Shown here: piece after piece, positions 38,218 through 53,989 of the stretch
Layout: each line of letters starts with the position of its first letter
Numbering within the stretch: the stretch's first letter is position 1
Assembly: GCF_006345805.1 (NCBI RefSeq)
Contig: NC_043004.1
Coordinates: 7,130,001-7,194,000, forward strand
Direction: 5' to 3'
From: Octopus sinensis
Taxonomy: Eukaryota
DNA: 64,000 nucleotides
Made by a program: the position numbers and the translations under genes
Notes under the pieces: generated by a model
What the model saw: the letters and a program-made list of their open reading frames with translations, nothing else
Told to the model about the DNA's origin: nothing
Databases searched by the model: none

Positions 38218-38960
38218 CACTGGTCAGCAAAATTAAATGTATTATACTCATTATGAATGCAAACCAACATTTTCCGATTAATTTTTCATGCTAATTTCAA
38301 AATTTCACTCCATTTGTATGCAGCACGTATCAGTTTTTCAGTAGATACATGCAAATATTTACATATTTGTATATATGAAATCATTAACGTAATAAATAAG
38401 GACATATTACTTTTAGAAAGTAAATGAATTTATTGAGTTAAAAATCATCACTATCATTCTTCAAAGAGTGAATACGCAAAAAATGTCAGACAAAGTTAGA
38501 ACAACAGAGTTAGAAACATTGTGATTTGGATTTCCTGCGGTGTTCCTGATCTGGTTGATCACGGTAAAGTGTCCAGCAGTAGTCAGCCAGCTTACTGTCA
38601 TTCCAGAAGCCTTGGTACCATTTCTCCATAGCACTAATGTCCTGGTGAAATCTTTCACCATGTTCATCAGACATTGCTCTAAGGTTATCTGCGAAGAAAT
38701 TCAGATGGGAGTCCTAGAAGTGAACTTTCAATAACATGCGACAACCCATTGCTGAGTAACATTTCAGAAGATTCTTTGTAGTCCATTGCCTTCTTGTTGC
38801 CCAAGAAGTTCTCATAGATTCAATTGAAAGCATTCCAAGCAGACAGTTCCAGTTCATCCAGTGTTGTCTTGAAGGCGACATCTTTGAATACTTCTTTAAT
38901 TTTGGGTCTGACAAAGATATCCTCTTTCAACTTTGTGTAATTTTGAGAAATTTTTCTATA
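38218..38960 (-). pseudogene. DNA transposase 3' fragment and terminus, probably Chapaev3 (CMC)
   Basis: The minus frame reads VHF*DSHLNFFADNLRAMSDEHGERFHQDISAMEKWYQGFWNDSKLADYCW, with an internal stop. A CAC-type terminus CACTGGTCAGCAAAATT lies at 38218. The family name comes from motif memory. Confidence 0.65.
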
Positions 38961-39004
38961 ATATACTCAAACCCTTCTCTTCCCTAGTGTTTTACAAACT
39001 GTTT

Positions 39005-40466
39005 CATCAGCCCTAGCATTCTGACCCATGATCTCTGTCTTTTTCAGGCCGAACTCTTGGCAGGCATCCGCCAGGGAGCTGACCAGCCTCTGGAGACCCG
39101 GCTGGTTGTGTGATGTTAGGGCGGCATCGTCAGCAAAGAGGATCTCTCTGATCAGCACCTGACGGACTTTGGTCTTAGCTCTGAGGCGCGCAAGATTGAA
39201 CAATCCACCATCAGCCCTTGTGTGGAGGAACACTCCGTCGTCGGACGTTCTGAAGGCATAGGACAGGACAAGGGAGAAGAAAATTCCGAAGAGCGTCGGC
39301 GCCAGAACACAACCCTGTTTCACTCCACTCTGGATGGGGAACGACTCCGAGGGCGATCCGTCAAACTGCACTGTTCCCTGCATACCGTCGTGAAAGGAGG
39401 TGATGAGTTTCAGCAGTCTGGGAGGGCAACCTATCCTACCCAGGAGCGCAAACAGCCCCTCCCTGCTGACTGAGTCGAACGCCTTAGCCAGGTCGATGAA
39501 GGCCACGTATAGGGGCTGTCTCTGTTCTCGACTCTTTTCTTGAAGCTGCCTGAGTGAGAAGATCATGTCGATTGTAGACCTCTCTGCCCTAAAGCCAGAC
39601 TGAGACTCGGGGTACACACGCTCTGCAAGCATTTGCAACCTCTTCAGGACCACCCTGGCAAATGCCTTACCGACAGTGCTGAGCAGTGATATGCCCCTGT
39701 AATTATTACAGTCACTTCTGTCCCCTTTGTTTTTATACAGTGTGATGATGTTTGCGTCACGCATATCCTTAGGGACAGAGCCCTCCTCCCAGCACTGACA
39801 GAGCAGCTCGTGGAGATGGCCCAGAAGGGCTGGCTTCCCGCACTGGATGACTTCTGCGGGGATGCCGTCTTGCCCTGGTGCCTTGCCCCGAGCGAGTGAG
39901 TCAATTGCTTTGCTCAGTTCTTCCTTTGTTGGAGGCAGGTCAAGCTCCTCCAGGCAGAGCAGGAATGCCGGCGAGGGCAGACCTGGTGACCACATTCTCA
40001 GTGGAGTAGAGGTTCTGGTAATGCTCGACCCACCTCTCCATCTGCTTCGCTTGGTCCTTGATGACCTCGCCATCCCTGGACTTCAGTGGAGCAACCTTGC
40101 TGACAGTGGGCCCGAATGCTTTCTTCATCCCCCCGTACATCCCTTTCACGTTACCACTGTCAGCACAGCACTGGATGTTCTGGCATAAGTTCTGCCAGTA
40201 GATGTTGGCGCAACGTCTGGGCGTCGCTTCTGGCTGTTCTCAGAGTAGCCAGGTTCTTTTCTGATGGGTCGCGCTTATAGTTGACCAGTGCTTCCCTCTT
40301 GGCAGTAATGACAGGCTCCATCTCAGGCAGGTGAGCTTCAAACCAGTCTTGATTTCTCCGCTCCCTCTTTCCTAGGGATGACATGGCTATTCTGCAAGTG
40401 GTGTCGCGAATAAGCTGCCATCTCTCCTCGATGGACGTGGCTGCGTGATCTTTAAGGGCCTCCTCC
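39005..40466 (-). mobile_element. RTE-clade (BovB-like) LINE reverse transcriptase fragment, frameshifted and truncated at both ends
   Basis: KAPGQDGIPAE, YKNKGDRSDCNNYRGISLLS, ESQSGFR…STIDMIFSLRQLQEK, FIDLAKAFDSV, GVKQGCVLAPTLF, FADDAAL. The ORF is split over three frames. Confidence 0.92.
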
Positions 40467-40639
40467 ATACATACACACATACATACATACATACATACAC
40501 GTATACACACACACACACAAACGGTCACTATATCTGGAACCATAAAAATCTGCAAGACTTTCTTAAGATTTAAAAGTCGATGAACAAAACAAGATGCCTT
40601 CCTTTACAACTTTGCTACAAAGTAGGTGGCCAGTCGAAA

Positions 40640-41152
40640 TCTATATATATAAAACTGTAGTTGTGTGAGTGTCTGTCCCCTTCGATTTAGATTCCTAACT
40701 ACTCCCACATTTTGCAGTGCAGTTTAACCAAATTCGGGTATCTTATAGTCGTGATTCATATCGAGCCCGTCTGAGTATTAGCGCGCGTCTACGATCAGTC
40801 TACGATTTAAAAAATAATTTAAGATCATTTTTTATTCTATTTTAATGCATAATTCTTCGTGTGTCGATGGCGGCGGAGTTGGCGTCCATGGTCACACCTG
40901 CACCTGTTTGCTTCTCCCCCTTCTTCCCTCCCTCCTGAAGCTGTGGGGAAGGGAGTGTAAGGAAATCAACGTCGTAAAGCGTTGTCAAGGAGACCAGCGT
41001 TCTTTTAGAACAACGACTTCATGGCTTGAAGACACCAAAACAGAAATGGCTAAGAAAGCCCGAATTGGCATCTATAAGGGAAGTAACTCTCTAAAAATGC
41101 TTATATAGTTATTTCCCTTACAAACCCGAGCAACGCCGGGCGATACTGCTAG
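40640..41152 (+). mobile_element. Non-autonomous Helitron
   Basis: A|TCTATATATATAAAAC … CCCGAGCAACGCCGGG … CTAG|T. Confidence 0.85.
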
Positions 41153-42027
41153 TTTCTTCTAAAATAAAACGAGAAAAAGAAGAAGGAACACAAACACACA
41201 CACACACAAACATACGCACGCACAAACTCATATACATATTACATATGGCGGGCTTCCAGAGTTTTAGCCAAGCAAAATCATTCACAAGCCATTGGTCAGC
41301 CCGGGGCTATTGTAGAAGAAACTTGCCCAAGCTTAGAGCCTAACAAAATAGTATGTATGACATATTTTGCTTATTGATTTAGGTGCCTGCATAACCGTGA
41401 GCGCATAGAAACAGTCTCTTGGCTCTTTCACCTATGATTCAGTTGGACGGGAGGTCTGACAGCTGTGGGGAGAGAGAAAGGAGGAGAAGGAGGCTGCAGC
41501 AGCATTCAGCTGGTATTTATTTTCAGCTGAGCTGAGTGGAAAACGTGAAATGATTTACCTTGCTCAAGGACAGAATGCGCCGTCCGGTTCAGGGATTGAA
41601 AAAAAGACAAACCCACGTTTTTTTTTTCTTTACATAAAAAGTGATCTTATTTCTTTTAAACGTTAGCATGATTTTATGTACGTAAAGATCGAATCGCAAT
41701 GTAATTACAAGGACAATGATAAAAAAAAAAGGTTGGGGTGGAGTGGATTAAGCAGCAGGAGATGGTGGGTGGGTGGCTGGGGAGAAAAACGGGTTGTACC
41801 TCTCTGAGCAAATGATATGATTCTAGAGCCGTTACCGTGGAGAATTGCCAGTGACACTCGTTGCAGCAACTACCCCACCACGCATAGTTAATTTCTCAGG
41901 CAGATAACAGCTATCCCGATTTTGCGGGCGAAATCGGTTGTGCGGGGTTCGCGAACACCTGACGTCTTGATGGCGACAGGTACAAACTGATAGCGGCCGG
42001 TTAGGTTCATATAGTTAATTATTTAAT

Positions 42028-43535
<1,508 letters not shown>

Positions 43536-43559
43536 TTTATTCTTTTTACGACATTTATG

Positions 43560-44900
43560 AGTTCAATTCCTGTTAAAGGAGTTCGAGGTCTCTTTTCATG
43601 GAGATAGTGTAGGTTTGGTGCGAGGCGTTTAGGTTGCATGTAAATGACGTCTGTATTCAGAAAGTTAAGGAGAAGAGAAGACGTGTATTATTTATATAGG
43701 ATAAATCTTTGTGGGAAGTGATGTGACGGAAAATAAGTCATTGATCCAACTTGACATGGATGCTTTGTCAGAACACCGAACACTGCGGCACATAGATAGT
43801 AGCAGACGAGAACGTCTGTCACGGGCGCCAGAATTCTCATGTCACATAATTTCGGTGTGCTGGACCTCATCAGTGCAAGGGGTCCGGTCACCGCATGCCA
43901 GTCAAGTCTCGTTGCTTCGATATGTAGAATATCAACATCTTTTTAGACACTGATGCCGCAAATATCCACCAAGCTAGTAAAAAATTAATTATTAGTAACG
44001 TAAGCAGTATTAATATGTCCAGCTTAAAATGGCTGCCTTGTTAGTATGCCGAATACTGCGTTATTAGCCTTGAAAAATCCTTTCATATAGGCGCCGGCCG
44101 AAAAGTATGAGGTTGAAGATAAAATCTTGGGGTATGCCAGAGTTGAAAGGTGTGGGTGAGAAATAGTATATAGCTATGATAGTTCGATCTGACAGGAAAG
44201 TTCTTGATCCAATAGATGAGAGATCGATGGAGCTCAAAATCCAGTGGTTTAGCTAGATTTACATGGCGAGCACAACCGAATATTTTTTTAATGTGCCACG
44301 ATATTGTTTCCAGAAAGTTTTCCGAGGGCGATGACACATTGATGAGCGATGTAGGAGACAAGGTCTTGTGTAGGTCTGGCTTTACGAAAGTGTATTGGTG
44401 GGAAGTGTATTGGCGGCAAGTGTATTGGTGAGAAGTGTATTGGCGGGAAGTGTATTGGCGGGAAGTGTATTGGTGGGAAGTGCATTGGCGGGAAGTGTGT
44501 TGGTGGAAAGTGTATTGGCGGGAAGTGTATTGGTGGGAAGTGTATTGGCGGGAAGTGTATTCGTGGGAAGTGTATTGGCGGGAAAAGTGTTGGAAATTGT
44601 AGCTGCGTCTAACATCTTTCAGATGCTGGAAGTAATAGTTTGTATTACTGATGTTGTGCAGAGTCCATGACTAAAAAATTTACCCCTCTCAAGCTCTCAT
44701 TCAGTTTGGTAGCAAACAAGCTGTGTAAATTAGTTTTGCTACACTTCTCAGATCTGTGTGAGAGTTTGAGACTGATGATGCCCAGCTTAAAATATCTGCG
44801 GATCGTGATTGGAACCGGATGTCTGGTACGAATTCTTGCAACAGAATGACGTCGTCTATAGAAACCGAAAGACATGACAGTGGTGGAGATAAACCGGACA
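43560..44900 (-). pseudogene. Highly decayed CR1-like LINE RT fragment interrupted by a 15-bp tandem array
   Basis: Fragmentary motifs across minus frames (LIYWIKNF…, NSGIPQ, NLAKPLD). Boundaries are uncertain. Confidence 0.4.
44386..44595. repeat. 15-bp tandem repeat (GGAAGTGTATTGGCG), 13 copies plus one degenerate
   Basis: Exact 15-bp period, counted unit by unit. Confidence 0.95.
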
Positions 44901-45189
44901 GCGTGTTAGGCCGCCTTCCTTCTTACACAATTGTTAGATCGGGTTAGGGAAAATAGCGTACATGTGAGTATTGGGTGGGTGGGACAGAGGAGCACTTCTG
45001 TCGAAATCTACCCTCTGGCAGGACGTTTAAAGTGTAAGTTCGAAAACTGGTTTGTTTTCTATTATAATTTCATTCACACATAGAAAATATTATTAGAATA
45101 TAAATCGGTCCCCAGGACTTGATTCCTTGAATATGTAATCATCAACGTACTGCATTTTATATGTTTGTCCCCGTTTGAGCGTCCTGTAT

Positions 45190-45550
45190 TTCAATGAGGT
45201 GATGATAGTGGTGGTGGAGGTGGTGAAAGTGGTGACGGTAGTGGTGGTGATTGCGGCGATGATGGTGGTGGTGGTGGTAATGTTGGGGTGGTAGCGGTGT
45301 GGGTGGTGGTGGTGGTAATGTTAGCGGTGGTAGCGGTGATGATGATGGTGGTAGTGTTGGTGGTGTTTGTCGTGGTGGAGGTGATGGTTGTGTGGGGTGG
45401 TGGTGATTGTGGTGATGATAGGGGTAGTGGTGATGGTGTTGGCCGCGGTGGAGGTGATGGTTGTGTGGGATGGTGATGATGGTGATGGCGGTGGTAGTGG
45501 TGCCGGTAACGGTGGTGGTGGTGGTGGTGGTGGTGGTGATGGTGGTGTTA
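45190..45550. repeat. Degenerate (GGT/GAT)n low-complexity tract
   Basis: Direct inspection. It is the source of spurious poly-V, poly-G and poly-P ORFs. Confidence 0.9.
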
Positions 45551-46074
45551 TCCTCAGCTTTTGGGACGGTGTTAAGAGGAACTGAAAATGATATTTAAAA
45601 GTTATTGAGCTTTGTGTATGTACTTTGCACATTCACTTAGTGAGGTGGTGGACGATGGAAGTGATGTTAGTCAAGGGAGTGGCAGGTGGGTGTGGGTGGT
45701 CGTAAACTTTGGTGAATATGTTTAACGATGGTTATGGTGGAGTTGGAGGTTAACGAAAGAGGTTGTCAGTGTTGCAGCCAGCATTGGCAGAACCATTTCT
45801 AAGTGAGAGTGCGGATGTTTGAGTCTTTAACTCTCTAGCAACTTCGGGACGGGAAACTGCATTAATATGAATTAATGAAGTTAACGCGCGATTGTACGCA
45901 CACGCGCGCGCATACACACACACACACACACACGCACGCAGGATCACACACACACACACACGCACGCACGCACGCACGCACACACACATACACACACACA
46001 CACGCACGCACGCACACACGTACGCACGCACACACACACACACACGTACACACACACACGCGCACGCACGCACG

Positions 46075-46105
<31 letters not shown>

Positions 46106-46267
46106 ACACACGATTACACACTTTCTGATTTAAGTTTTGCTGAAAATGTTTGTCTGAAGCACGCAGACACACACGTTTCTTGGTACATGCATCTTCTCCA
46201 TAAACACGCACGCGCTCTCACACACACGCATATATATATATAACTCTAACCCTAACCTTAACCTACA

Positions 46268-46464
46268 TAGGCTTAGGAGTGGCTGTGTGGTAAGTAGTTT
46301 GCTTACCAACCACATAGTTCCGGGTTCAGTCCCACTGCGTGGCACCTTGGCCGACCAAAGCCTTGTGAGTGGATTTGGTAGACGGAAACTGAAAGAAGCC
46401 CGTCGTATATATGTATATATATGTGTGCGTGTGTGTGTGTGTGTGTGTGTATTTAAATAAATAA

Positions 46465-46504
<40 letters not shown>

Positions 46505-46716
46505 ATGTATATGCTTGTGTGTCTGGGTTTGTCCTCCCAACATCGCTTGACAACCGATGCTGGTGTGCTTACGTCTCCGTAACTTAGCGGTTCGGCAAAA
46601 GAGAACGATAGAATAAGTACTAGGCTTACAAAGAATAAGTCCTGGGGTCGATTTGCTCGACTAAAGGCGGTGTTCCAGCATGGCCACAGTCAAATGACTG
46701 AAATAAGTAAAAGAAT
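46268..46716 (+). mobile_element. Family A SINE
   Basis: Complete head-to-tail copy with a small internal deletion. Similar + copies lie at about 48210-48684 and 59945-60325. Confidence 0.85.
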
Positions 46717-46759
46717 ATAAAGAATATAATTACATAATTAATTTTAAATGTAAATCTAG

Positions 46760-47580
46760 TTCTTTTTTTCTTTGGTTTACGAGAGACCTGCAGTTTGCTT
46801 GTGCAAGTGCTGTCAATCGAAAGCATCGCATACTGGACGCCTGTAGGTTTCATGGGGGTCATCAGGAGAGAATGCAAATCGTTTCGGATCCTTCCTCTCA
46901 CTTACTGAAGAGGGGCTCTGCTTACTGATGAGGGGCTCTGCCTATTGGAGCGACGAAATAGTATTCGATTTTAAGTCACTCAGCTCGGGATCCTCAGTGC
47001 TATTCAAACTGTGGTATCATGCAAATCGGACTTGCTATTCAGACAAATAGATATCAGTCTCACACCCTATATTCAGAGTAGAATAATAAGGGAAGCATGA
47101 ATATAATACTCAAGTATGTGTCTTCATGGTTTATTAGCAAATGATCTAAAATTACGAACAATAGAAGCTGACCTGACACGTGAAACTTAAACATCTTAGT
47201 TAAAAACATTAATTAAACACATTAAAAATTTTATGTGAGACGATGTAAAAACGGCCAATGAACAAATACTAAAATATGCAAATGTAGCTAAGGGCCATTT
47301 GGAAATTACAAAGCTTCAAAAATCACTACGAAGACACAGAGGCTCTTTCTATCCAGATATAAAAGAGATCTGGAAAAGAGTTTTCGATGATTGCTTTATT
47401 CTTTGGATTGAAAGTAAAGAAAATTCAAACAAGTTTGATATCTTACTTAACGAAATAAATAATAAAATACACACATACAAAAATGCCCTGTTGATGTTGT
47501 TGAAATTCCAATGAAGGAGCCTTGGATCTTGGTTAGAAACCGGCTCTTTCTCTATTGGCATGATATATTAAAGTAAAACT
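46760..47580 (+). mobile_element. Penelope-like element remnant (RT catalytic region plus hammerhead-like motif)
   Basis: IWKRVFDDCFILW…FDILLNEINNKI resembles the PLE RT motif W.RY.DD.FI.W…F…LN. A CTGATGA…GAAA core lies at 46925-46958. Confidence 0.55.
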
Positions 47581-48378
47581 AAATAACGACAAACATACAT
47601 ACACGCATACGTATATGTATGTATGTATGTTATGTATGTATGTATGTATGTATGTATGTATGTATGTATGTATGTATGTATGCATATAAACGTGTGCATA
47701 CACATAGATACCTATGCACATTTCTTATTTCTTTACTATCCACAAGGGGCTACACTCAGAGGGGACAAACAAGGACAGACAAGCGGATTAAGTCGATTAT
47801 ATCGACCCCAGTGCGTAACTGGTACTTATTTAATCAACCCCGCAAGGATGAAAGGCAAAGTCGACCTCGGCAGAATTTGAACTCAGAACGTAACGGCAGA
47901 CGAAATACCGCTAAGCATTTCGCCCGGCGTGCTAACGTTTCTGCCTTGCATAGCGTGGTTATTAACAGAAGGAAGTGGGCTAAGACTAATCAATACAAAT
48001 CAGGTAGTGTCTCACATAGTTTAAAACAACAGGTTGAGAAAATTCGATCAACAATGAGTATAACCAAAATTTGTTTACATTTTTTTTTTATCCAAGTAGT
48101 GTTTAAAATTAAAAAAGAAAACAAGCAAGGCAAAGAGCGAAGGCTTTATCCTGGATGCTCAAGACCAGAGCTTATTGACCCGGAACTATCAAGCCAATGT
48201 GATGAGACATGGAGTGGCTGTGTGGTAAGTAGCTTGCTTACCAACCACATGGTTCCGGGTTCAGTCCCACTGCGTGGCAACATGGGCAAGTGTCTTGTAC
48301 TATAGCCTCGGGCCGACCAAAGCCTTGTGAGTGGATTTGGTAGACGGAAACTGAAAGAAGCCCGTCGTATATATATAT

Positions 48379-48456
<78 letters not shown>

Positions 48457-48683
48457 TTTGGTTGTGTGTGTATGTTTGTGTGTCTGTGTTGTCCCCCAAC
48501 ATCGCTTGACAACCGATGCTGGTGTGTTTACGTCCCCGTAACTTAGCGGTTCGGCAAAAGACACCGATAGAATAAGTACTGGGCTTACAAAGAATAAGTC
48601 CTGGGGTCGATTTGCTTGACTAAAAGCGGTGCCCCAACATGGCCACAGTCAAATGACTGAAACAAGTAAAAGAGTAAAGAGTA

Positions 48684-50095
48684 AGAGAGACCCAAAGATG
48701 AAATAGTGGACCACCTAATCTCTGGGTGTAAGGTTTTAGCAGGAAGTAAATGTAACAGTTCTTTGGGACTTTCCAGTATGTACAGATATTGTTGCGAAAG
48801 ACAAAAGCAATAAAGTCTGTTTATTGATTGACATGAGCATACCCTGTGATTATAATATCTCGGCAAAAGAATTTCATTAGCTCAGAACATGTAAAGGTTT
48901 GCTAATCGAAATCGAAAAGATGTGGTATCTCAAGACAGTTACGATGCCAGTGATTGTAGGAGCATTTGGAATGATCAAAAAAGGAACTGAAAATGATTTG
49001 CGAATCTCAGAAAAGATCTATCAAAATAACAAACACAGTACCTAAACAACTCTGGACTTCTATAACGACTGAAAAGGTTACCCTGGCACTGTAAAAACTA
49101 GACAACTAGAAGGCACCCGGGCACGACAAGATCCTCAACTTCTGGTTAAAATATCTAACAGGGATACATAAAACACTGGCTAAGAAATTTAGCTGAGCCA
49201 GAGACAATGCCTGAATAGTTCACGGAAGGGAAAACTATCATAATTCCTAAATCTACTGACACGGTAAACCTACAAAATTACAGACCGATATCTTGTCTCG
49301 CTATAATTTACAAGGCCTTTACTGCAATAATATCGCAGAGAATGGGCAAACATCTGGAAGAAAACTACCTGTTTCCAGGAGAACAGAAGGGGTGCTACAA
49401 GAGCTCATACGGCTGTAAAGATCAGCTACTGATCAATAAAGCCATAACTGAAGACAGCTGCAGAAAGAAGAAGAGTCTAAGTATGGCCTGGAACAATTAC
49501 CGAAACACTAGCCACGAACAAGGTAGCACCAATAATCATAAAATATATAAAACATTCCATGAATAAATGGCAAACAGTGCTACAGCTCCAGACAAAAGTG
49601 GGACTCATAAAAACCAAAACTATCCTCATTAGAAGAGGAATATTCCAGAGTGACACGCTCTCTCCACTCCTTTTCTGCTTGGCACTGACACATTTATCTG
49701 ACATGCTAAACAGAACTGGATGTGGATACAACTGTTACAGCAAAACAATCAGTTACCTCTTATAAATGGATGATCTTAAAACTGTATGCTACAAATGATA
49801 AACAGCTGGAAACATTACTACAGACAGTACCATGGATTTACCAAAGAAATAAACATGGAATTTGGTTTGGAAAATATGCCGAGGCGAGTCTGAAAAGAGG
49901 AAAACTAATTTAGAGTAACAACATCACATTAGATAAAGCAAATGAAATAAGAGAATTAGATCATAGCTAGACACGCAAAGCCTTATGAATTAATGGACTA
50001 GATACGATAAAACATATACAAATGAAAGAGAGGCTAAGAAAGGAATACTACAGACGAGTTATATATAGAGAGAATGGGAGAAAGCGCTAATACAT
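48684..50095 (+). mobile_element. R4/Dong-clade non-LTR retrotransposon fragments
   Basis: RT motifs KAPGHDKILNFWLK, NYRPISCL, EQKGC…GCKDQLLINK, RRGIFQSDTLSPLLFCLAL. C-terminal motifs EIVDHLISGC, LIDMSIP, IEKMW…PVIVGAFG. Confidence 0.8.
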
Positions 50096-50419
50096 GATCT
50101 AAGTCATATGATGTATAAAAACATGTAATATACAAATAAATATCTGTAAATATAAAACCATCCGATTTTCTGAGTACCTCATTTCTTCTAATATATATAT
50201 ATATATGTATGCATGCATGTATGTATGTATGTATGTATGTATGTATGTATGTATGCATGTATGTATGTATGTATGTATGTATGTATGTATGTATGTATGT
50301 ATGTATGTATATGCACCGTTGGTAATGTCCTGTACCCATATATGCATAGACACACGTGTATTATATATTATTTACTATTTATTATTCAATTGAACGCGAC
50401 GCGTCCATTTCCAAGTAAG

Positions 50420-50495
<76 letters not shown>

Positions 50496-50800
50496 TGAGG
50501 GAATATCATTCCAAACTTACAGGGAAAAATTAAATTTAGAAATACTAAATCAAATTTCACAAAATATAATATATATCTATAAATTAGAAAAAAATCCAAC
50601 TTTTATCAATTCAATAATGAAAAATTAAGTTATACCATTTAGAAAAATTACATATTATAGAACGATTAAATATAAGATAAAACATATAACAATAATTAAG
50701 TAATGTGCAAAATAATAAATAAAACGTAATATGTAATTTTTCTAAATGGTATAATTTAATTTTTCATTATTGAATTGATAAAAGGTGTTTTTTTTTAATT

Positions 50801-50854
<54 letters not shown>

Positions 50855-50970
50855 GAAAGAATGTAGTCGAACGAAGATGTTAACAAATTTCCTTTGCTCT
50901 CGACATATTTTGTTTTGTTTACCATGTAGGCAGTCATCGAAATTTTTGTTTGTCTTGTTGTCGAGAGAGG

Positions 50971-51068
50971 TTCCCTTTCTTTCCTGATGAGAAGATTGCA
51001 TAATGCACCCTTTATTCCTTTGGAATGAAAACATGTTGTCTTCGAAACATATATCGAGAGTAAAGGAA
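50971..51068 (+). ncRNA. Type I hammerhead ribozyme motif (Penelope-type, one stem III mismatch)
   Basis: Stem I 50971-50983 pairs with 51056-51068. CTGATGA lies at 50984-50990, stem II is GAAGA/TCTTC, GAAA lies at 51044-51047, then C-ATAT-ATC with predicted cleavage after 51055. Confidence 0.65.
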
Positions 51069-51586
51069 TTTTGTTAACATCTTCGTTCGACTCCATTCTT
51101 TCATTTATTCATATACAACACACAAATTTCTGCACATGAACCCGGAGTTTCTACCCTTGGACAGGTCGCTTCACCGTGTTTCTGACGTGAATTTGCTACC
51201 CAGGTTTCGGTTAAACGAATTTTCCATGCTGACGATAAACATAGGATAATTCATTCACCTATTTATATATATATATATATTATAATATTAGGGAGTATAA
51301 CTCCAATCTTACAGGGAAAAATTCATTTAGTATTAAATCAAATTTCACAGTATAAATATATAAATATGAATTAGAGATAAAACCACTATTATGCAACTCA
51401 AACAGTGATAGACATAAACCAATACATAAATAACAAATAGTATATATATATATATATATATAAATAATATATATATATTATATATATATCATTACAAATT
51501 ATATATATATATATTATTTGTTATTTATGTATTGGTTTATGTCTATCACTGTTTGAGTTGCATAATAGTGGTTTTATCTCTAATTC

Positions 51587-51645
<59 letters not shown>

Positions 51646-51948
51646 ATCACCGTGGCAGACCAGGCTGTCAGATATTGCTACACATCATTTGTCACAATGC
51701 GCTTCGCATTGTTTTAGCCTTCAAATGACGCCACCTCGCTGGCTAAGCGAGCAGGCCAACAGAAGAAAGAGTGAGAGAAAGTTGTGGCGAAAGAGTACTG
51801 CAGGGATCGCCACCACCCCCTGTCGGAGCCTCGTGGAGCTTTAGGTGTTTTCGCTCAGTAAACCCTCACAACGCCCGGTCTGGGAATCGAAACCACGATC
51901 CTACGACCGCGAGTCCGTTGTCTTAACTACTGGGCCATTGCGCCTCCA
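51646..51948 (-). mobile_element. tRNA-derived SINE (third family)
   Basis: Head TGGAGGCGCAATGGCCCAGT…GGACTCGCGGTCG…GTTTCGATTCCCAGACCG, shared with the + copy at 59322. Confidence 0.75.
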
Positions 51949-51952
51949 TACA

Positions 51953-52078
<126 letters not shown>

Positions 52079-52084
52079 CATACT

Positions 52085-53868
<1,784 letters not shown>

Positions 53869-53989
53869 TTATTCTTTTACTCTTTTACTCGTTCCAGCCA
53901 TGCGGCTGGAGTCATGCTGGAGCACCACCGTGGTCCTTCTGATTTCCTCAGTCTGGGGTGTTTCATATCACCACTCATATACGTGATTT

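Noticed and set aside
43835-43880. Minus-strand CTGATGA-GGT…ACC-GAAA hammerhead-like core
   Set aside because: Stems I and III cannot both be formed around a valid NUH, and it lies within decayed LINE coding sequence, so it is probably chance.
44386-44595. CRISPR-like or pentapeptide-repeat (HFPPI)n gene
   Set aside because: There are no unique spacers or cas genes, the context is eukaryotic, and the ORFs arise from a stop-free 15-bp unit.
46240-46265. CTAACCCTAACC as telomerase RNA template or telomere
   Set aside because: Only about three degenerate units between a microsatellite and a SINE, with no pseudoknot or H/ACA context seen.
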